Below are positions 54,779-64,000 of a DNA stretch of 64,000 nt, one piece after another. Each line of letters starts with the position of its first letter. Position 1 is the first letter of the stretch. The notes under the pieces were generated by a model, which was not told where the DNA came from, searched no databases, and saw nothing but the letters and a program-made list of their open reading frames with translations. Origin of the DNA: the human T2T-CHM13v2.0 reference genome, Homo sapiens; the NCBI RefSeq assembly GCF_009914755.1, contig NC_060947.1. One strand, given 5' to 3'. The translations under genes were made by a program, and so were the position numbers.

Positions 54779-55528
54779 TGAGTAGCTGGGACTACAGGCA
54801 CGTGCCACCACACCCAGCTAAATTTTTTTTTGTATTTTTAGCAGAGACGGGGTTTCACCAAGTTGGCCAGGATGGTCTCAATCTCTTGACCTCGTGATCC
54901 GCCTGCCTTGGCCTCCCAAAGTGCTGGGATTACAGGGGTGAGCCGCCGTGCCTGGCCATCATACCCAGCTAATTTTTGTATTTTTTGTAGAGACAGAGAC
55001 TTGCCATGTTGCCCAGGCTGGTATCAAACTCCTGGACTCAAGCAATCCTACCCATCTCAAACTCCCAAAGTGCTGGGATTACAGGCATGAGCCACTGTGC
55101 CCAGCCTTACACTTAACATTTTAATACATTTAGAATTTACCTGGTGTGGCAGGGTGCAGTGGCTTGTACCTGTAATCCCAGCACTTTGGGAGGCCAAGGT
55201 GGGCGGATCACCTGAGGTCAGGAGTTCGAGACCAGCCGGGCCAACGTGGTGAAACCCTGTCTCTACTAAAAATGCAAAAATTAGCCGGGTGTGGTGGTGC
55301 GTGCCTGTAGTCCCAGCTACTCAGGAGGCTGAGGCAAGAGAATCACTTGAACTCAGGAGATGGAGGTTGCAGTGAGCTGAGATCATCCCATTGCACTCCA
55401 GCCTGGGCAACAGAGCAAGACTCAGTCTCAAAAAAAAAAAAAAATTTACCTGGTGCACAGGTGCCGTGACTCCTGCCTGTAATCCCAGCACTTTGGGAGT
55501 TTGAGATAGGTAGGATCACTTGAGGCTA

Positions 55529-55735
<207 letters not shown>

Positions 55736-56480
55736 CTATCTCAAAAAAAAAAAAAAAAAAAGAATTTTCCTGGTGCATGATATGAAACAGTCATCTAAGT
55801 TTTTTTTTTAATAGTTTACCAATTGTTTAAGCACCATTTTTTGAATAATTCTTTTCTCCACTACTTTGTGCTGCAGCTTTCACCACATACTAAATGTTTA
55901 TATCTATTCTAGGGTCTCTATCTTAATGACCATAACTTTAGAAAAATGCCTTTTTTTTTTTTAATTTTTTTGAAATGGAGTCTTGCTCTGTCGCCCATGC
56001 TGGAGTGCAGTGGCGTGATCTCAGCTCACTGTAACCTCCGCCTCCCAGGTTAAAGCGATTCTCCTGCCTCAGCCTCCCGAGTAGCTAGGACTGCAGGCAT
56101 GTGCCACCACGCCCGGCTAAGTTTTTGTATTTTTAGTAGAGACAAGGTTTCACCATGTTAGCCAGGCTGGTCTCGAACTCCTGGCCTCATGATCTGCCCG
56201 CTTTGGCCTCCCAAAGTGCTGGGATTACAGGCGTGAGCCACCGTCCCCGGCCAAAAAACACCTTTTAATGTCTAGTGGAATATAGCCCTCCTCATTGTTT
56301 TTCTTTTCAACATTTCCTTGATTATTTTCGGGCATTTGTTCTTCCTGATAACTTTAGAATTACCTTGTGATTATGATTGGAATTATGTAAAACCCATACA
56401 CTTGGAGTAATTTATGTAAAATATTTCATCTTTTATTCAGAGACACAGTATGTCTCTCCTTTACTTTCAATCTTCTTTCT

Positions 56481-56560
56481 TTAGCTTGAACCAGATGAAA
56501 TTACCAATATTCAACTTTGTTGACATCATTCAAACAGCAATTTCATCTGGTTCAAACCTT
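56481..56560. mobile_element. MADE2-like mariner MITE (hairpin)
   Basis: ~80 bp with perfect 17-bp inverted arms TTGAACCAGATGAAATT (56486-56502) / AATTTCATCTGGTTCAA (56539-56555). Confidence 0.8.
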
Positions 56561-57053
56561 AGAAAAGTTGTTTTCTTCAAAGGGAAATTATGCTCTCTCT
56601 AAACAAACAAAAAAATAGTTTCTCTTAAAAAATCTGGGGAGAAGTAGGGTAGGAAAGAAGTATGATATACTGTAAGTGTTTTATTCATTTTTTAAAAATC
56701 CTGGTCCTAAGAATTTCTCACTGCCAGGGGCATCTCTCCAGCACTTTCAGCCACTTCATGCCTAGTTCAAGGCTTCGCCAGCTTAGCTTCCTCCCCATAG
56801 TGGGCCAGTCCAAAACAACCAGGGCCTTGAGCCTCAAGGGGTAGGGCTAGTCCGTGAAAAAGGGTTTCAGGCCAGGTGCGGTGGCTCACATCTGTAATCC
56901 CAGCACTTTGGGAAGCCGAGGCGGGTGGATCACCTGAGGTCAGGAGTTCAAGACCAACCTGACCAACATGATGAAACCCCATCTCTACTGAAAATACAAA
57001 AAAAAAAAAATTACCCAGGTGTGTTGGCACGTGCCTGTAGTCCCAGCTACTCA

Positions 57054-57200
<147 letters not shown>

Positions 57201-59719
57201 TCAATGACATCTAAATGGGACGGGTAAGGGTCCCAGTCTTCCCCATAAACCTTAGTTTTGCTTTCTCTTCCTGAGAGCTAGAACAGTGACCTCATCTGGG
57301 AGAATCCAGCCAACACCGCATTCTACACCATCTGCATTCTATACCCCTACCACAACAACCCACTATAAACTGGGGTAAGATACACTAGAAGTGGGTATTT
57401 GGGGGTAATCCTGATCATCTTTTTCCTCGTATGGGAGCCTTCCAAATAATGCATATATAGAGCATAAGAAGAAGTTTCAAATAGATGCAAAGTCATGATG
57501 GTTGTAAAAAAAAAAAAAAAATCCAAAGAGGTAATTGCACTGTTTTCACAAAATAGGATCAACATGTAATTATGAATAACAATATAAATGTCATCCAAAG
57601 ATATAGGAAGTGAACTTTTAGGGTTTCAGTGAAAGTGTTATTTTGCAGGGGTTAATAAACATACTAATACTTTGTCCACCCTATGTTAAAAAAAAAATTC
57701 ACCCCCAAGACAGAACTGCAGGCTGCTTTTAAATGCAAACATGGCATTGGGCTTCTCTGGCCATTAGATGTCACTGCAGTAAATGGAGAGTAGCTGAGCA
57801 TCACCTGATTGGAGCCTGAAGTTCGGTGATCTCTGTCCAGTTAACAACTTCATAATCCCTGCTTGAAATCCATCTTTGGTTTGGAGAATAAGAGGCCTAG
57901 AAACCACAGGCTAATGCTAAACTTGTTGGTTTTGTTGTTACTGTTACTTGTCCTACAAAGCACACACTCCAAATTCACCAAGAAGAGAGGGCTTTAATAA
58001 CAGTCTGTCCTCGCTGGAGCAGGCAGGGTTTGCCAGCAGAATAAGTAACGAGGGACCTTTGCAGGGCCACTGGGCTGCTCTGACCTGAGCACACTTAATG
58101 GCAACATTTGCATTCCATTGGCTTTCCCCATTGCACTGCCTGTCATGAAGCAAATCAATGGCAGGTGTCTGTTGGATAACGAGCTACACAGGGAATTTTT
58201 CTCGATCCCTGCACTGACTGGCCCCTTTGTCTGGATGTTTCTTTCTCTTAATATGCTTTTCTCTAGACACACACAGCCCATTTAATGGCACATCAGGTTG
58301 GAACTGTTTTGAACATAATGACAGTAATCAGAAGTCTTGTTTAACCAGCTGAGCCCTTCCTTCACCATGCTTACACTCATTTTATCCCTTTTCCCTTTTC
58401 TTGCCTTGGCTCCTGGCTGGCATGCTAGAGAATGGAGAGGTAAATAAATTATGCATGTGCATGTCTTGATAGAATGGCTTCTGGTGGGAAGGGGGGTGGG
58501 TCAGGCCTGTGCACACATGGAATGAGGTGCCCCCAACTTGGTGTGCTTTCACGGACCCCAACCACCCTGCCTGAAATCCCCTTCTCCACGCTTCAGTGCA
58601 TCTTAGCTCAAGCCCTTCCAGGTATAGCCTGGCCTTTTTGTCTATCTCCGACACCTAGCCCAGGGCCTGGGCCAGAAGAGATGGCAGAACTTAGTGTATT
58701 GAGAGAACAAGTAGGAAGGGTAAAATATTGACAGAGATGAATTCATCTGATTAATCTGTGCACCCCGAATAAGAACCAGGGAGTCCTGAGAAAATGGCTC
58801 TCTGCACAGGTGCATGTGAAGAAGAGAGGGAGATAGGCTGGGGAATACTGCCCTGAAAATCCAGGGAGCAGCTGAGAATGTAGGAGCCTTGGAATCTGGC
58901 AGGCCTTCTGAAAGGATCAGGAGGGAGGTACCAGACACATGCTCGGTCCCCCGACAACTCTGCCTGACACCCTCCCCTATTGCCCATATTAGGTGTCTCC
59001 ATTTCATCAAATATAAAACCAAGTGTGAGCCTGTTGCTTTATACCCCAGTGGACTTTGACCCCATCACAGCTCACAAGGTAAGCAGGATTGGGCCAGGTC
59101 AGCATTTGAACTGAAAGCACATAAGATGAAGGACAAAGGTGGTATCCGAGTGGTACAGCTGACTGAGCAGAATATACATGGTCAGTGAATAAACAGAGGC
59201 CCCAGCCTACTCAAATAGAGATGCTCGACACCTCGGGTTACCTTTGTTGAATTGGACACAGTCACTTCATTCATTCCCTCTCAGGGTGCTCATCCCCTCT
59301 TGTAGTTTTTCATGTTCATATCTACATCTTCAATCCTGACCTCCCTTCTGAGCCATGGTCCCACATTTCCCACAGCCTGCTCGACATCACTATTTGGCTA
59401 TCATATCCCCACTGTCACCTCTAACTTAATGTGCATCAAGCTGACCTCTTCTTTTCCTAACACTGTTATTCCAGAGTTTTCCATTTCAATTCCATCATTG
59501 CCCCAGTGACTCAGGCTGGAAATCCACAACTTGTGTTTGACTCTTCCCCTTCCCCTCACCCGGTTAACCTTGAGCCCTGTTGCTTCTTCATTCCTAACAT
59601 TCCCATGCTGGTCTTTCTTTTTGTCACTGCCTCTTGCCCTAATCTTGGACCTTATCAGCTCATACCTAGGCTATTACAGTAATCTCCTCATTGGTCTCCA
59701 GGATTAATTCTAAAAATGA

Positions 59720-59950
59720 TCTTAAGCATTGAATATTAATATGTACTAGGCACTGTGCTAAGTGCTTTATGTTCATTATCTCATTTAATCCTTACAACAG
59801 CCCTACAAGGTGGGCACTGTTATTATTAAGTCCATTTTACAGATGAGAAAACTGAGGCACCGAAAGGTTTTGTAGCCTGCAAGTTCACCCATCCAGTAAT
59901 TGAGCTGGGATATAAGCCCAGGGAGCTTGTCTCCAGAGTCAGTGCTCATT
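59720..59950. mobile_element. MIR fragment (others at ~38180-38620, ~40850-40980, ~41950-42060, ~47180-47360)
   Basis: 'tatctcatttaatccttacaacagccctac...ccattttacagatgagaaaactgaggc'. Confidence 0.8.
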
Positions 59951-59993
59951 TCAATCCTCTCCAGCCCAGCCCATATGGGATTCTGTCAGATGA

Positions 59994-60215
<222 letters not shown>

Positions 60216-60536
60216 TAGAGATGAGGTCTCCTGGTCTCCTTATGTTGCCTAGGCTGGTCTCAAACTCCTGGGCTCAAGCCATCCTCCCGCTTTGACCTCC
60301 CAAAGTGGTGGGATTACAGGCATGAGCCACTGTACTCAGCCTGTTGTTGTGTCCTTCTTGATGGTCCCCAGAGAAAAAAGGCTGAGCCCCTTGGCTTGGC
60401 ATGTTTCCCTTACCAACTGTGCGATCCTTGTTGCACAGAGGCCCTTTATATAAGAAGTTACAAAAACAAATGCCTGCAGAAACTTGGAAGTAACATGAAA
60501 AAGAGAATGTAGGGAAACCCAGATAACATACACTCA

Positions 60537-60707
<171 letters not shown>

Positions 60708-60710
60708 TCA

Positions 60711-60914
<204 letters not shown>

Positions 60915-61657
60915 CTAAACTTCACTGTGCTCACAAAATGTGATTTGCATCTAAATATGGATGACAGAAAGGAAGAAAGAGAGCCAGTAGAGGCTGTGGC
61001 CAGTTCCTCCTCTCCAAAGGACGGATGCCATTTAGAAATGTAGGCCCAGTTTTCAAAGGAGTCTAAAATCCAGATTTTTATGTAAAATCTCCCAGTTTTT
61101 CACTGCTGGCAAATGAAAATTGTTAAGTACTGGCTGGGCTAAACAAAACACACATTCGTATGACCTCTGCTCTATTCAAGCCTCCAAGTTCATCAAACTA
61201 ATCTTCTTAGCCCCTTCTCCCAAGCCCTGAAGACTAAGTGCATTTCACATTCCAGTCACCAGGCCTTTGTTCATGAGGTTACCTCTGTCTTGGAACATCT
61301 GCCCAATTTTCTTAAAGGCTCAACTGAGGTTTGTCTCAGTGATGGCTGTCTTTTCTGACCTACTGTAGCACATACCTGTTGTTTAAGAAATGAGTTGGCT
61401 TTTCCCATCCCCAAAACAGCTGTCCTATCTTGATGGATCAAGGTAGATGTTTTGCCTTTGTAGAACCACAATGGAGGTGCTCCAGCCCACTTCAGAGGGG
61501 ATTCTGGGGCAAGAGAAGCTGAGTTAACTAACAATCTACTCAGTTAATAACTGCAGATGCCGTATTTTCACTGTCCCCCACCCAACCCCCAAGGGCATAG
61601 TTATTTTGTTCTAAGAGCTTTGTGGGTGAATACCACCCACCCCCTTTTTATTTTTGA

Positions 61658-61950
<293 letters not shown>

Positions 61951-62706
61951 TAAATGATGCTGTTAGCCTATACGTGCCCTCTGATCCAGCCAGTTTCTTT
62001 TCCATGGCATTTCTGTCCATGCCCTACCTCTTCCCATCTTAACACTATTGCCCTGCTGTTCCCTCACTATCAAAGCCGCCTCCTGAAGTCTTCTCCCATC
62101 TCCCCAAGCAGTAGTCTCCCGCTCCTGAATGGCTCACTCTTGCTAGAGCTGTCTTATGGCCCATGCCACATGCTTCCTTTTGTTATAATCTTTTGTGTCC
62201 CTTATTTCCTCTAGATTGCAAACTCTTTGCCTGTGGGAAGTATGTCTTACACATTTGTATATCCTCACAACACACAGCCTCATGTAGCAGACATCTAATA
62301 CTTGTTTAAAAATGAAGTTTAGGGACAGCTTAGGAGATCTCGCTGTCTGCTAGGTGAGTCCCAAGTCCGTGTGGTTGTACCTACCCAAGATGAAGGTAAG
62401 AACACCCAAGCCTGCCTCCTGCTCAACCTGCTGCCCTAAGAAAACCTCTGCATGTCCCCTGTCTAAAACTGTCTATGCACTTCGCTCTGAGAATGCACTG
62501 TCTTCCATCTCCTACCCTAGCAATCAGGTTCTATGCATCTCAGTGCAAACAGCCGTTAACGTTTCAGGATAGACAAATATGCTAAAAGGACAAAAGGAAA
62601 AATTCTTGACACCATTTTGATTTACACCTCCTCTTCATTCCAGCCTCCTGGCGCTTTGTATGGTGGCTGGAAGTGCTTGACAAATCATAGCACCATCAAA
62701 TTTATA

Positions 62707-63404
<698 letters not shown>

Positions 63405-63465
63405 CTATGTTAAGGGAAGTGATGACAAGAAAGCCTTCCCTGCGATTAAGAAATTATAATAATAT

Positions 63466-63629
63466 ATGCTTAACTGGCAGGGGAGATACCATGATCACAA
63501 AGGTGGTTTTCCCAGGGCGAGGCTTATCCATTGCCCTCTGGATGTGCTGACCCCTGCGATTTCCCCAAATGTGGGAAACTCGACTGCACAATTTGTGGTA
63601 GTGGGGGACTGTGTTCGCGCTTTCCCTTG
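63466..63629 (+). pseudogene. Full-length processed U1 snRNA pseudogene
   Basis: 164-nt match to U1 (GGCAGGGGAGATACCATGATCAC...AATTTGTGG Sm site...CGCGCTTTCCC) with about 8 substitutions, an A-tail and an 18-bp TSD AAGAAATTATAATAATAT (63448-63465 / 63954-63971). No snRNA-type promoter recognised. Confidence 0.96.
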
Positions 63630-63719
63630 AGAAAAAAAAAAAAGAAAGAAATTATAGGCCGGGCACGGTGGCTCACGCCTGTAATCCTAGCACTTTCGGA
63701 GGCCGAGGCAGGCGGATCA

Positions 63720-63959
<240 letters not shown>

Positions 63960-64000
63960 TTATAATAATATAATAATAACTACCACTTATTGGTCACTTA

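Noticed and set aside
57700-59250. Repeat-poor intronic stretch as a possible exon or enhancer
   Set aside because: No carrier-like reading frame continuing exon 3 and no motif I can support without conservation or chromatin data.

Overview
Repeat-dense primate (very likely human, Xq24) genomic DNA. The one protein-coding gene is the 5' part of SLC25A43, a mitochondrial carrier: CpG-island promoter plus coding exons 1-3 on the + strand (39136-39410, 46194-46435, 49924-50096, 230 codons); the remaining exons lie beyond the window. Also present are a full-length SVA, a processed MRPS17 retrocopy with an intact 130-codon ORF, a processed U1 snRNA copy, an LTR12C solo LTR, a decayed ERVL-class (LTR16/ERV3-16A3-like) provirus with nested insertions, three MER51A-like LTRs, MaLR LTRs, DNA-transposon fossils, L1/L2/MIR fragments and roughly 45-50 Alus. 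I see no evidence of a new gene system. The most unusual signals are: (1) a strong sense-strand A-to-G skew across the SVA, resembling ADAR hyper-editing fixed by retrotransposition; (2) a 65-bp L1/LTR junction apparently copied from 9.4 kb away into a MER51A LTR; (3) the intact MRPS17 retrocopy; (4) a candidate overlapping upstream ORF in SLC25A43; (5) several repair or insertion scars. Repeat family names and consensus comparisons are from memory, not from a search, and most repeat boundaries are approximate.
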